A stretch of 64,000 nt of DNA, taken from an uncultured Gemmatimonadales bacterium. GTDB taxonomy: Bacteria > Gemmatimonadota > Gemmatimonadetes > Gemmatimonadales > Gemmatimonadaceae. The notes below the pieces were generated by a model. It was not told where the DNA came from and made no database searches. It saw nothing but the letters and a program-made list of their open reading frames with translations. This document shows, piece by piece, positions 19,011 through 28,381 of this stretch. The stretch is from NCBI GenBank assembly GCA_963793305.1, contig CAWBZV010000003.1, forward strand, positions 288,001 through 352,000, written 5' to 3'. The translations under genes and the position numbers were made by a program. Position 1 is the stretch's first letter. The number at the start of each line of letters is the position of its first letter.

Positions 19011-19720
19011 TCGTGATCCCAGCCGTCGACCTGCGCGCCGGCGCGTGTGTTCAGCTCGTCGGCGGCTCGTACGATGATGAGCGCGTGCGACTCGGCGATC
19101 CGGGCGCCGTAGCCAGAGGGTGGGAAGAGCTGGGGTTCCACCATCTGCATGTGGTGGACCTCGATGCAGCCACGGGCCGGGGCTCGAATGTCGGACTCGT
19201 GCGCGAGATCCTGACGGCGTCCGACGCCGAAATCCAGGTCGGCGGCGGCGTACGGGAGTTCGACCGGATCGAAGAGCTGCTGACGGACGGCGCCCGGCGC
19301 GTGATCGTCGGTACGCGAGCGCTGGAAGATGCCGAGTGGCTCGACGAAATGACGTCGCGGTTCCCGGATGAGCTGGTCGTGGCCGCCGATGTCTTCGACC
19401 GCCGTGTGGTCACGCGCGGATGGAGTCGATCGCTCCCGGTCGACGTGCTCGATGCGATCGACGAGTTGAACGCACTGCCGCTCGCGGGACTGCTCGTGAC
19501 TGCCGTGCACCGCGAAGGCCAAATGCGCGGCGCGGACCTGCCCCTCATGGAGGATGTGGCCGAGGCGGCTGTGTTCCCCGTCTACGCAGCCGGCGGAATC
19601 GCGACCTTGGCCGATGTCCGCGCGCTCGCCGATCGCGGCGTAGCGGCCGCGATCATCGGCATGGCCCTGTACACCGGCGCCATCGACCCCCGCGCCGCGG
19701 CCTCGGAGTTCGGCGAATGA
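19007..19720 (+). CDS. hisA: ProFAR isomerase
   Basis: IPAVDL, LHVVDLDAA, QVGGGVR, AAGGI, AIIGMALY. Confidence 0.93.
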   Translation: MIVIPAVDLRAGACVQLVGGSYDDERVRLGDPGAVARGWEELGFHHLHVVDLDAATGRGSNVGLVREILTASDAEIQVGGGVREFDRIEELLTDGARRVIVGTRALEDAEWLDEMTSRFPDELVVAADVFDRRVVTRGWSRSLPVDVLDAIDELNALPLAGLLVTAVHREGQMRGADLPLMEDVAEAAVFPVYAAGGIATLADVRALADRGVAAAIIGMALYTGAIDPRAAASEFGE

Positions 19721-20241
19721 CTCTCGTCACGCGCGAAACCAAGGAAACGCGGATCCAGGTGCGGATCGAGCCCGCGAAAGACCCGACGGCCCCCGAGACC
19801 AGCATCGTCACCGGCGAGCCGTTCCTGGATCACATGCTGACGACGTTCGCGCACTATGCGGCGCTCGACCTCCACGTCACGGCCGCCGGCGACCTCCGCC
19901 ACCATCTGATCGAGGACGTCGCGATCGCCCTCGGCCAGTCGATCGCGCTGCTCGCTCCAGCGGGCGCGGCGCGGTACGGCGATCGGACCATCCCCATGGA
20001 CGACGCGCTCGTGCAGGTCGCGCTCGACATCGGCGGACGACCGTTCTATCGCGGCAAGTTGCCGAGCGGGCTGTACAACCACTGGATGCGATCGTTCGCC
20101 ACGAACGCGCGCACGACGCTGCACGTGCGCGTGCTCCGGGGACATGACCGGCACCACATCGTCGAGGCCGCGTTCAAGGCGCTCGGGCTGGCGCTGCGCC
20201 AAGCGCTCGTCGACACTGGCGCGGTTATGAGCACGAAATGA
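19717..20241 (+). CDS. hisB: Imidazoleglycerol-phosphate dehydratase
   Basis: RETKET, FLDHML, HHLIED, PMDD, HHIVEAAFKA. Confidence 0.93.
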   Translation: MTLVTRETKETRIQVRIEPAKDPTAPETSIVTGEPFLDHMLTTFAHYAALDLHVTAAGDLRHHLIEDVAIALGQSIALLAPAGAARYGDRTIPMDDALVQVALDIGGRPFYRGKLPSGLYNHWMRSFATNARTTLHVRVLRGHDRHHIVEAAFKALGLALRQALVDTGAVMSTK

Positions 20242-20972
20242 TGCGGCGCATTGTGGTCTGCCTCGACGTCGACGGCGGACGAGTCGTGAAAGGCGTGCGA
20301 TTTCAGTCGCTGCGCGATGTCGGCGATCCGGCCGAGCTCGCCGAGCGTTACGAAGCGCAAGGGGCTGACGAGATCGTGTTTCTCGACATCTCGGCCAGCG
20401 CCGAGGGGCGAGCGACGTTGCTCGACACGGCTCGGCGAACCGCCGAACGGCTGTTCGTGCCACTGACCATCGGCGGCGGGATCCGCTCGGTCGACGATAT
20501 CGCACGGACACTCCGCGCTGGCGCCGACAAAGTCAGCATCAACTCGGCCGCCGTCGCGCGTCCAACTCTCCTGACCGAGGCGGCCGAGCAATTTGGCTCG
20601 CAATGCGTCGTGGCCAGTATCGACGCAAAAGATGGCCAGGTATACACGCACGGCGGTCGCACGCCGACAACGCTGGACGCTATCGAGTGGGCTCGAACGT
20701 GTGTCGAACACGGCGCAGGAGAAATCTTGTTGACCAGCATCGAGCGTGATGGCTCGCGCGAGGGATACGACCTGGAGCTCACTCGCGCCGTCGCCGAGGC
20801 GGTGAGCGTGCCGGTCGTCGCGTCTGGCGGAGCCGGCAGTCCTCAGCATATCGCCGACGTACTACACGACGCCGACGCGGCCCTCGTCGCCGGGATTGTG
20901 CACGATGGCATCACCACGGTCGGCGAGATCAAGGCCGCCGTCACGCGCGCGGGGATCCCATGCCGCCTGTGA
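20238..20972 (+). CDS. hisF: Imidazole glycerol phosphate synthase cyclase subunit
   Basis: CLDV..GRVVKG, GADEIVFLDI, GADKVSINS, GAGEILLTS, ASGGAG. Confidence 0.95.
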   Translation: MMRRIVVCLDVDGGRVVKGVRFQSLRDVGDPAELAERYEAQGADEIVFLDISASAEGRATLLDTARRTAERLFVPLTIGGGIRSVDDIARTLRAGADKVSINSAAVARPTLLTEAAEQFGSQCVVASIDAKDGQVYTHGGRTPTTLDAIEWARTCVEHGAGEILLTSIERDGSREGYDLELTRAVAEAVSVPVVASGGAGSPQHIADVLHDADAALVAGIVHDGITTVGEIKAAVTRAGIPCRL

Positions 20973-21730
20973 GTCTGTTGCACGCGGTGATCGAGCTCGC
21001 CCAGGTCGTGGGCGACACCGCCATGGAATACTTCGGCTACCCCAAGCTCGTCGTCGAAACGAAGAACGACGGATCCCCGGTGACCGTCGCCGATCGAGCG
21101 GCCGAGGCGCGCGCCCGCGAGTGGCTCGCGCAGAAATTCCCGAAGGACGGGATCGTCGGCGAGGAGCTCGGCACGGAACGCCCTGATGCTCCGCGGCGGT
21201 GGATCATCGATCCGATCGACGGCACAAAATCCTTCGTTCGCGGCGTCCCGTTATGGGCGACCCTCGTCGCGCTCGTCGAGGGCGACACCGTCTTGGCCGG
21301 CGCCGTCAACTGTGCCGCCGCGGGCGAGATGGTCGGCGCCGCGGTCGGCGAAGGCGCCTGGTGGAACGGCTCGCGTTGCTCGGTCTCGAAGATCGACGCG
21401 ATCGAGAAAGCGACCGTACTGACAAGCGACGATCGGTTCCACAGGCGCCCCGACCGCCGCGCGCGATGGGATGCGCTCGCCGATGCGGCAAAAGTCGCGC
21501 GAACGTGGGGCGATGGCTTCGGCTATGTCATGGTCGCGACCGGGCGCGCTGAGATCATGGTCGACGAGGCGTTCGCCATCTGGGACGCAGCGGCTCCGTA
21601 CATCATCGTGACGGAAGCCGGCGGCCTCTTCACGACATGGAACGGCCAAGCCACGTTCGGCGGCGGCGATGGGATCGCGACGAACATGGCGATCGCACCC
21701 GCCGCGCGTGCGGCGTTATTCGACCGATGA
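20969..21730 (+). CDS. hisN: Histidinol-phosphatase, inositol monophosphatase family
   Basis: SPVTVAD, GEE, WIIDPIDGTKSF, WD.AA; inside the his operon; GTGA overlap start (alternative ATG 20960). Confidence 0.88.
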   Translation: MSLLHAVIELAQVVGDTAMEYFGYPKLVVETKNDGSPVTVADRAAEARAREWLAQKFPKDGIVGEELGTERPDAPRRWIIDPIDGTKSFVRGVPLWATLVALVEGDTVLAGAVNCAAAGEMVGAAVGEGAWWNGSRCSVSKIDAIEKATVLTSDDRFHRRPDRRARWDALADAAKVARTWGDGFGYVMVATGRAEIMVDEAFAIWDAAAPYIIVTEAGGLFTTWNGQATFGGGDGIATNMAIAPAARAALFDR

Positions 21731-22284
21731 TCACCGTCATCGCACAAGACGCGACCACTGGTCGCGTGCTCATGGTCGCGGGCGCAGAACCGGACGCCAT
21801 CGAGCTCACCAAGACCACGGGCGAGATGCACTACACGTCTCGTACTCGCGGCCTGTGGCACAAGGGCGCCACGAGCGGCAACCGCCAGCGCGTCGTCTCG
21901 CTGACGCCGGATTGCGACGGCGATGCGCAGCTCGCGCTCGTCGAGCCGCTCGGTCCCGCCTGTCACACCGGCGCGGTCTCATGCTTCGACGCGCCGCCGC
22001 ATGACGCGCTCTCGCAACTCGATGCGACGATCGCGAATCGCGCCACGGAGGGAGCGGAGACGAGTTACACACGTCGATTACTCGTTGATCGCAATCTGCG
22101 ACTCAAGAAGCTCGGCGAGGAAGCCGCCGAGCTAGCGGTTGCCTGCGCGGACAACGACGCCGAGCGCGCCGTCGAAGAGGCCGCCGATCTACTCTATCAC
22201 TCGCTTGTCGCGCTGCGGGCGCTCGGCGTGGGACTCGACGACGTCCGGCGAGTTATTGCGCAACGACGACGTACGGCGCGGTGA
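21727..22284 (+). CDS. hisIE: Bifunctional PR-AMP cyclohydrolase / PR-ATP pyrophosphatase
   Basis: LWHKGATSGN, DCDGD, ACHTG..SCF, SYT, KKLGEE, EAADLLYH. Confidence 0.93.
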   Translation: MITVIAQDATTGRVLMVAGAEPDAIELTKTTGEMHYTSRTRGLWHKGATSGNRQRVVSLTPDCDGDAQLALVEPLGPACHTGAVSCFDAPPHDALSQLDATIANRATEGAETSYTRRLLVDRNLRLKKLGEEAAELAVACADNDAERAVEEAADLLYHSLVALRALGVGLDDVRRVIAQRRRTAR

Positions 22285-23635
22285 GCACGCGACCGCCACG
22301 CTTGACCTGCACCCAGACATAGTACCGCCCCGCTTTGGGGAAGGCGTACGGGAACGACACCGTGTCCCCCATCGCACCCATAGGCATTGGCTGTCCTCTC
22401 GCCAATACCATTTGCGCCGCCGTCGAGATGGTGCCCATGGGATGCAGATGAATAAACACGCTCCCATCGTCGCGCACGACTACCGCGTGACCAGCCATGC
22501 CCATGTACGGCTGGATGCCCGACACCACGAACCGGAGACCTGCAGGGGCGCCGACTTTTACGGTGTCGGAACCGAGCTTAAGAATGGCTGAGCCGCCAGC
22601 CCCAGAGAACGCGTCGTCTGAATCACTCGGTATATAGGGTGACGGAGAGTCGGTGAGATCGACCGTCGTGACGAGCGTATGGTCGAACCCACTCTCATGC
22701 ACGATATCCGCGAACACCCGATAGCGACCCTTGGGTAGCGGTGGGATGGTCGCGCGAAACGTGTCCGTGTCGGTGGTCGCCGGATGCAGGTGCGCAAACG
22801 CGAACCCCGAGTCGGCGACGAGGAAGAGGTGCATGAGCTTCCCGTGGTCGGGAATGAGCGCCGGCCACTGGGCCCGCCCTCGCGCATTGACATGAGAGGA
22901 ATCATGCCGCTCGAGCCACGCACTATCGGTGATCGCGAACGTCAGCTGCCCGGGCTGCCCCTCGGATGCTCGTACCGTGAACGGCCGATACATCCGCTGT
23001 TGAAACTCGGCGTCGGTAGCGTTCCACCACGTCCACCCGCCGAACAGCATGACGGCAACGAACACACCGGTGCCGGCCATCGCCAGCCGCGCGCGGCGCC
23101 GGTGCGTCGCATCGGGCGCCTGCCCTGGCTCCAGCGTCGCCTCTCGCACAGCGGCGCCGCCGATTGACACGGCGCCGACAAAGAGGAAGATGCCGATGGC
23201 GCCGAGGATGACGCCGAGCCACCGGTAGAGCGGCAGGCGGCGCGTGGCGACGGCGACGACTGGGACGACGGCGGTGCCGGTGCCCTTGCTACCGTGAACG
23301 CCCACGGTGACGCTGTTGGACCCGCCGGCCATCACCCACAGCTTCCCGACGAAAGTCGCCGAGTCTCCGACTGCACGCGCAGCGTCTTCTGGCGGCGGCG
23401 CGGCAGTCGTGGCGTCGTAGCGATTGACGAAGAGCGTCACCCGATCCGGCGCGGCCCCCGTGACGTGCACGGTAACCTCGGCCACGCCCGGCACGACGCC
23501 GGGAAGGCGCACGATGACGAGGACGGGGTACGGCCCCGCGTTCCCCTCGTAGTAGACGTCCGGGCTCCCGACGTGCGCCGAGCACACGAGCACCGCCAGC
23601 GCTAAGCCGGCGGCGCGGCCGATCCGCGCGATCAT
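22253..23635 (-). CDS. Secreted two-TM His/Met-rich putative copper protein with PmoB-like topology
   Basis: Signal peptide ending VCSA then His; beta-rich domain; two central TMs; DHGKLMHLF, FAHLHP, MGMAGH, FIHLHPMG; ATGA-coupled to the upstream gene. Confidence 0.75.
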   Translation of the reverse strand: MIARIGRAAGLALAVLVCSAHVGSPDVYYEGNAGPYPVLVIVRLPGVVPGVAEVTVHVTGAAPDRVTLFVNRYDATTAAPPPEDAARAVGDSATFVGKLWVMAGGSNSVTVGVHGSKGTGTAVVPVVAVATRRLPLYRWLGVILGAIGIFLFVGAVSIGGAAVREATLEPGQAPDATHRRRARLAMAGTGVFVAVMLFGGWTWWNATDAEFQQRMYRPFTVRASEGQPGQLTFAITDSAWLERHDSSHVNARGRAQWPALIPDHGKLMHLFLVADSGFAFAHLHPATTDTDTFRATIPPLPKGRYRVFADIVHESGFDHTLVTTVDLTDSPSPYIPSDSDDAFSGAGGSAILKLGSDTVKVGAPAGLRFVVSGIQPYMGMAGHAVVVRDDGSVFIHLHPMGTISTAAQMVLARGQPMPMGAMGDTVSFPYAFPKAGRYYVWVQVKRGGRVLTAPYVVVAQ

Positions 23636-24834
23636 CGGCGAAGCCGCGCCATCCCTTCGCCCCACCACAGCCCTAAGCGGGCCGAGATGATAGCGAATAC
23701 GGTCGCGTATCCCAGGCCGCGCAGGATGTCGCCCGAGGGAGCGCCCCGACGGTGCGACTCCCAGTACTGGTACCGCCAGGGGCCGAGCCGGGAGGTATAG
23801 TCCCACTGGTCAACGGCGAACACGGGATTACGCGCGGCCGGCGACAGCAGGAACTCCGACCAGAACCAGTGCACGACAAGCATGAGCGCGACGAACGCTG
23901 CACCGAGCGCAACGGCCAATAGCCAATCGTTGACCGACCGGTACCGGCGCAGCAAGAGATCGATGGCGATCGCCGGCACCACCAGAATCAGTGGAAAGAA
24001 CGGCGGCACCATGTGGGTCACGGGATTGTAGATGGGCGCGAGCTTGGGCGTCGCCGGAACTGCCTCGAGCGTCCACATCATGACCAGCACAAGGACCATG
24101 TAGATCGCGGCGGTCGTGGTCGCCGGCCACCGGAGCTTTCCGGCGCGCCCGAAGGCGACGAGGAACACCGGCAGGACTGCGCCAGTGACCTCATAGAACA
24201 TCGCCGAGTGCATGTGGTTCGGCGCGGACGCGTACTCCATGATCGCCGTCGCGGCCATCGTCACGATGAGCCCACCCGACGCCGCATACACCAGCGCATA
24301 CGGCCTCGCCTCGGCCTCGGTCGCCCGGTTCTGCGCGGCGACAGCCATGAGAATGGCGCCCGCCTGGATCGCGACCATGCCCCACAAGAGCACCATGTGG
24401 GGCGGGCTCACGATCTGGACATCGAGGCCGTAGGCGTTGTGCCACCAGTCGTCGAATGGGGCCGAGGTGATCATGAGGAGCGTGCCCCAGATGCACACCC
24501 AGGCACCGAGAGGGCCGCTGAACCCCCAGAACTTCACGGTCGACGCCTTTTCGGCAGGCGTCCCAAAGAATGTCGTCTTGAGGACCAGCCAACCGCAGGT
24601 AAGCCCGGTGAGTGACGCGCCGAGCTGCTCCTCTAGATGGGGCAGGGTCCAGAACGTGTCCCGGCCGACCGTCCGGTGCCACGAGATGTCCCAGATGAGA
24701 CCCGTGACGATGAACGCCGAAGACAGCATCACAGCGGCCAACGTAATGGTCAGATCGGAGATAGCCGGTCTCGCCGCTTCGCGGCTCGCCGATGCTCCGG
24801 GCAGTACCGTGCCTTGGGTTACATGCGTGGTCAT
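23632..24834 (-). CDS. Multi-pass membrane protein with two PmoC-like metal motifs and a PmoA-like C-terminal half
   Basis: D49-x3-H53-x12-H66 (DISWHRTVGRDTFWTLPH) and D128-x3-H132-x13-H146 (DDWWHNAYGLDVQIVSPPH); roughly 8-9 TMs. Confidence 0.75.
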   Translation of the reverse strand: MTTHVTQGTVLPGASASREAARPAISDLTITLAAVMLSSAFIVTGLIWDISWHRTVGRDTFWTLPHLEEQLGASLTGLTCGWLVLKTTFFGTPAEKASTVKFWGFSGPLGAWVCIWGTLLMITSAPFDDWWHNAYGLDVQIVSPPHMVLLWGMVAIQAGAILMAVAAQNRATEAEARPYALVYAASGGLIVTMAATAIMEYASAPNHMHSAMFYEVTGAVLPVFLVAFGRAGKLRWPATTTAAIYMVLVLVMMWTLEAVPATPKLAPIYNPVTHMVPPFFPLILVVPAIAIDLLLRRYRSVNDWLLAVALGAAFVALMLVVHWFWSEFLLSPAARNPVFAVDQWDYTSRLGPWRYQYWESHRRGAPSGDILRGLGYATVFAIISARLGLWWGEGMARLRR

Positions 24835-24882
24835 GCGTTCAAACGTTGCGCGAGTTGGCCTTGGTCCGCCAGACTCATACGC

Positions 24883-25770
24883 ATGCTGGTGCGTAATGTT
24901 TCCGACACGGCGCGCTGGGTGGCGATGTACCGGGCAATGGAGACCGATCGCCCGGACGCTTTATTCCGGGATCCGTTCGCCCGCCGGCTCGCCGGCGACC
25001 GCGGGGCCGAGATCCTCGAGCAGATGCCACGGGGCAAGGCCACCGCCTGGCCGATGATCGTGCGCACGGCGGTCTTCGACGAGCTGATCCTTCGGGCGAT
25101 CTCGCGCGACGGCGTCGACACTATTCTCAATCTCGCGGCCGGGCTCGACGTGCGGCCGTATCGTCTGGCGCTGCCGCCGACGCTCCGCTGGATCAACGTC
25201 GACCTCCCGGAGATCCTGGCCTACAAGCAGGAGATCATGGCCAACGAGCGCCCGTCCTGCAAACTGGAGACGGTGGCTCTCGACCTGGTCGACATCCCCG
25301 CGCGGCGGGCGTTGTTCGACAGGATCAACAACGAAGGCCGGCACGTGATGGTCGTGTCCGAGGGACTGCTCGTCTACTTGGCTCCCGGAGATGTCCGGGC
25401 GCTGGCGATCGATCTCCGCTCGGAGCGGACGTTCGAATGGTGGCTCTTCGACCTGGCCTCGGTCGGCGTCATCGAGTACGCCCAGAAGAGCTGGCAGAAG
25501 TCGATGGGTGGCGGCACCGTCATGCAGTTCGCGCCGCGCGAAGGCACGCAGTTCTTCACGTCGCTCGGCTGGTGGCTCTCCGAGTTTCGGCTGACCATGA
25601 AAGAAGCACGGCGGTTGCATCGCGAGATGCCGCTGGCGTGGCTCTTTCGCCCGCTCATGGCCCTGGAGCTGCGAAAGCCGCAGGAAAAGTCGAAGTGGCG
25701 GACCGGGGCGGTTCTCCTTCAGAATCCCGTCACGGCCGTCCGCGAGAGTCGCGTCGTATCGCCGACGTAG
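24883..25770 (+). CDS. SAM-dependent methyltransferase, leucine carboxyl methyltransferase-like
   Basis: VSDTARWVA.YRA.E, LFRDPFA, RT..FD, NLAAGLD.RPYRL, EGLLVYL. Confidence 0.88.
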   Translation: MLVRNVSDTARWVAMYRAMETDRPDALFRDPFARRLAGDRGAEILEQMPRGKATAWPMIVRTAVFDELILRAISRDGVDTILNLAAGLDVRPYRLALPPTLRWINVDLPEILAYKQEIMANERPSCKLETVALDLVDIPARRALFDRINNEGRHVMVVSEGLLVYLAPGDVRALAIDLRSERTFEWWLFDLASVGVIEYAQKSWQKSMGGGTVMQFAPREGTQFFTSLGWWLSEFRLTMKEARRLHREMPLAWLFRPLMALELRKPQEKSKWRTGAVLLQNPVTAVRESRVVSPT

Positions 25771-26986
25771 GCGAACGCAATGTCGTGCATGTACTTCTGC
25801 GTCACGCGCCGCACGTCCTGCGGGGTGACTTTTCTCAATTCGGCGACGAACCTCTCTCCAGCCCGATAGTCGCCCCGATATAGCTCGGCCCGCGCCAAGA
25901 AATTTGCCTGGTCCGCGTTGGTCTCGTTGTCCAGGAAATACTCGGTGATGAACTGCTGCACGAGGCGCTGCAGCGCATCGGGATCAACCAGGGCATGGCC
26001 GAGATGCGACACCTCGGTTCGCATGATCGCGAGCACCGTGTCCGGCGAACCCGTGGTCACATACAGCCCGCCACCAGCCAAGGCACGCTCCACGAACGGC
26101 GCATTGACCGCGTATGACAGGTTGCGCTGATCGCGAACCTCGGAGAACAAGCGGCCGGAGAGCACGGCTGTCGCGACACGCAGCGCCTGATAGTCCGGAC
26201 TCGTCGCCGGAGGGCCCTCGTAATAGCCGAGGATGTAATTTGTCGGCAGATCACGGACGACCGTGACCAATGACGCCGGGTGCGGCATCGGTGGATCGGG
26301 CAGCGTCCACTTGTACGTGCCCATCGGCAAGTTGGCGAGGGTTCGCGCGATAAGGCGCTCGACCCGGGAACGTTCCACATCGCCGACAACGACGATCAGC
26401 ATCCGCGACCTGACCATCTGCGTCGCCTGAAACTGCGTTAATTGCCGCTTGTTGAGCGACGCGATCGACTTCTCGCTTCCGCCGATCGCTCGCGCGTACG
26501 GGTGCCCAGCGTACGCGGCACTGTCAGCCAGGTACTCGACGAGATCGTCGGGGCTATCTCGCCGCTGCTTCACGGTCGAGAGATACTCCTGCCGCACCAT
26601 GTCGATGTCCGCCGCGTCGATCGTCGGATACATGAGCCGATCCGCGAGCACGACGAACGTCGAGTCGAACGTCTCCGGCGTCGCCCGGACCCCGATCGAA
26701 TGTCCAATCGAACGTCGGGTCGACGACAATCGAACGTCCCGAGCCGCGCCATGACGTGGCGCATAACCGTCCGCGGGAAATGCTTCGTCCCACGCTCGGA
26801 GACATCGAGAAGGAACGGCTCGATGCCCGCTGTCTCATCGGTCTCCTCTCGGGTTCCACCGAGAAGGTACACATCGGCAGTCGCGATTCCCGCCGACGTC
26901 GAGTGTCGCAGGATCACCGGTATGCCCGACGCCACAAACTTCGTGGTCGTCGAGTCGATCGCGAGTGCCAAAAGAAGATGGATCAT
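25719..26986 (-). CDS. M16 peptidase non-catalytic subunit; frameshift near 26730
   Basis: GIE (no HxxEH), GTKHF, HPY, VVGD, LSGRLF.EVR..RNLSY; two ORFs join. Confidence 0.82.
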
Positions 26987-28362
26987 TGGCTCGGCCGGAG
27001 ATCGGCGTCAGTGAGATGTATGGACTGCCGATCTTGCGGTGAGATCAGCACGCCGATGACGTGGGGTTTCGCGACGATGTACTTGCGAGTGTAATCGGCC
27101 AAGTCGCCCGTCGTACGCGCCGCCATGTTGTCCACATATCCCATGTAATAGTCGAGACTCGCGACAGACCACCAAAACCCGATGACGTGCGTGTACCCTG
27201 ATGTCCGCTCGCGGCCGAACGCCGATGACACCGTGCGCTGAGCCTTGATCTCCGTGAGCTCCTCGTTCGTCACGTACCCGGGGTCTGTAAAATGCGAGAT
27301 CTCGTCCTCGAGCGCGACCAACGCGGGACGCAGTTTCTCGGCTGTGGTTTGACCACTGATGGTAATCGGCCCAACGTGATTCAGCGTGTAATAATTGACG
27401 AGAATCCCGCGATCGACCGAGATCGCTTCCCACAACCCGCTCTCGATGAGCCGCTTTTGTAGCCGTGACCCTGGCTGATTCATGACGTCGGAGAAGACAT
27501 CCGCCGCGTAGGTAGCATTCGGGTCGGCGCCCACACTCGGCCCCTGCCATTGCAGCAACACGGTCACCGCCGAGACCGGCGCTTCCGAGATCACCGCCTG
27601 ATTGCCACTGAGAGGAGGAATGGGCGGGATAGGATCGGCGAGAAACGGATCTGCCCCACGCTGCCATCCGTGGAAGACGCTATCCGCCAGCGCGAGGACC
27701 CGTGATGGCGTGACGTCACCCGTGATCAGGAGCGCGGAATTGTTGGGGATGTAGTAGCGCCGCTGTATCTCGCGCATCTGGTCCGGCGTCACGTTGCGGA
27801 CCACATCGCGATCGCCGATCACGTTCTTTCGGCTGAAGTTGTCAGGATAGAGCTTCTTCGCCATGGCCTGGTCGAGGCCAAAGAACGGACTGGCCTCCTG
27901 CCGATCGTACTCGCCGAGCACGACTTCTTTCTCGCGCGCGAGCTCCTCGCTGCGGAACAAGGGCGCTTCGACCGCGGCCGCCATGAGCCGCATGCCCGCC
28001 GCGAGGCTGTCCGAGGGAAGCGTGAGATAATAGTTGACCCGCTCCTCGGTCGTCGTCCCATTGAATACCGCACCCAACTCGGCCGCGCGATCCACGAACG
28101 CGCCCGGATCCGGGTACGTCGCGTCCGCCTTGAAGAACATGTGCTCGTACATGTGCGCCAGCCCCGCGTACGGCGGCGTCTGCGTGAACGATCCGTTGCG
28201 CACATCGATTTCGACCGTCGCTAGCGGGACGCCATGGTTCTCGACCACGATCACTTCGAGACCGTTGTCCAGCACGCGCCGTTGGATCGTCTTCTCCAGC
28301 TCTGCACGCTGCGCGCCGAGTGGCGCGGCGAGGAATGCCAACAACAATATTCTTCTTCGCAT
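26983..28362 (-). CDS. M16B zinc peptidase catalytic subunit
   Basis: LDNGL, GLAHMYEHMFF (HxxEH), NGTT, EKEVVLGE, YYIPNN. Confidence 0.92.
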   Translation of the reverse strand: MRRRILLLAFLAAPLGAQRAELEKTIQRRVLDNGLEVIVVENHGVPLATVEIDVRNGSFTQTPPYAGLAHMYEHMFFKADATYPDPGAFVDRAAELGAVFNGTTTEERVNYYLTLPSDSLAAGMRLMAAAVEAPLFRSEELAREKEVVLGEYDRQEASPFFGLDQAMAKKLYPDNFSRKNVIGDRDVVRNVTPDQMREIQRRYYIPNNSALLITGDVTPSRVLALADSVFHGWQRGADPFLADPIPPIPPLSGNQAVISEAPVSAVTVLLQWQGPSVGADPNATYAADVFSDVMNQPGSRLQKRLIESGLWEAISVDRGILVNYYTLNHVGPITISGQTTAEKLRPALVALEDEISHFTDPGYVTNEELTEIKAQRTVSSAFGRERTSGYTHVIGFWWSVASLDYYMGYVDNMAARTTGDLADYTRKYIVAKPHVIGVLISPQDRQSIHLTDADLRPSQ

Positions 28363-28381
28363 GATTGAAAATCAGGAAGCA

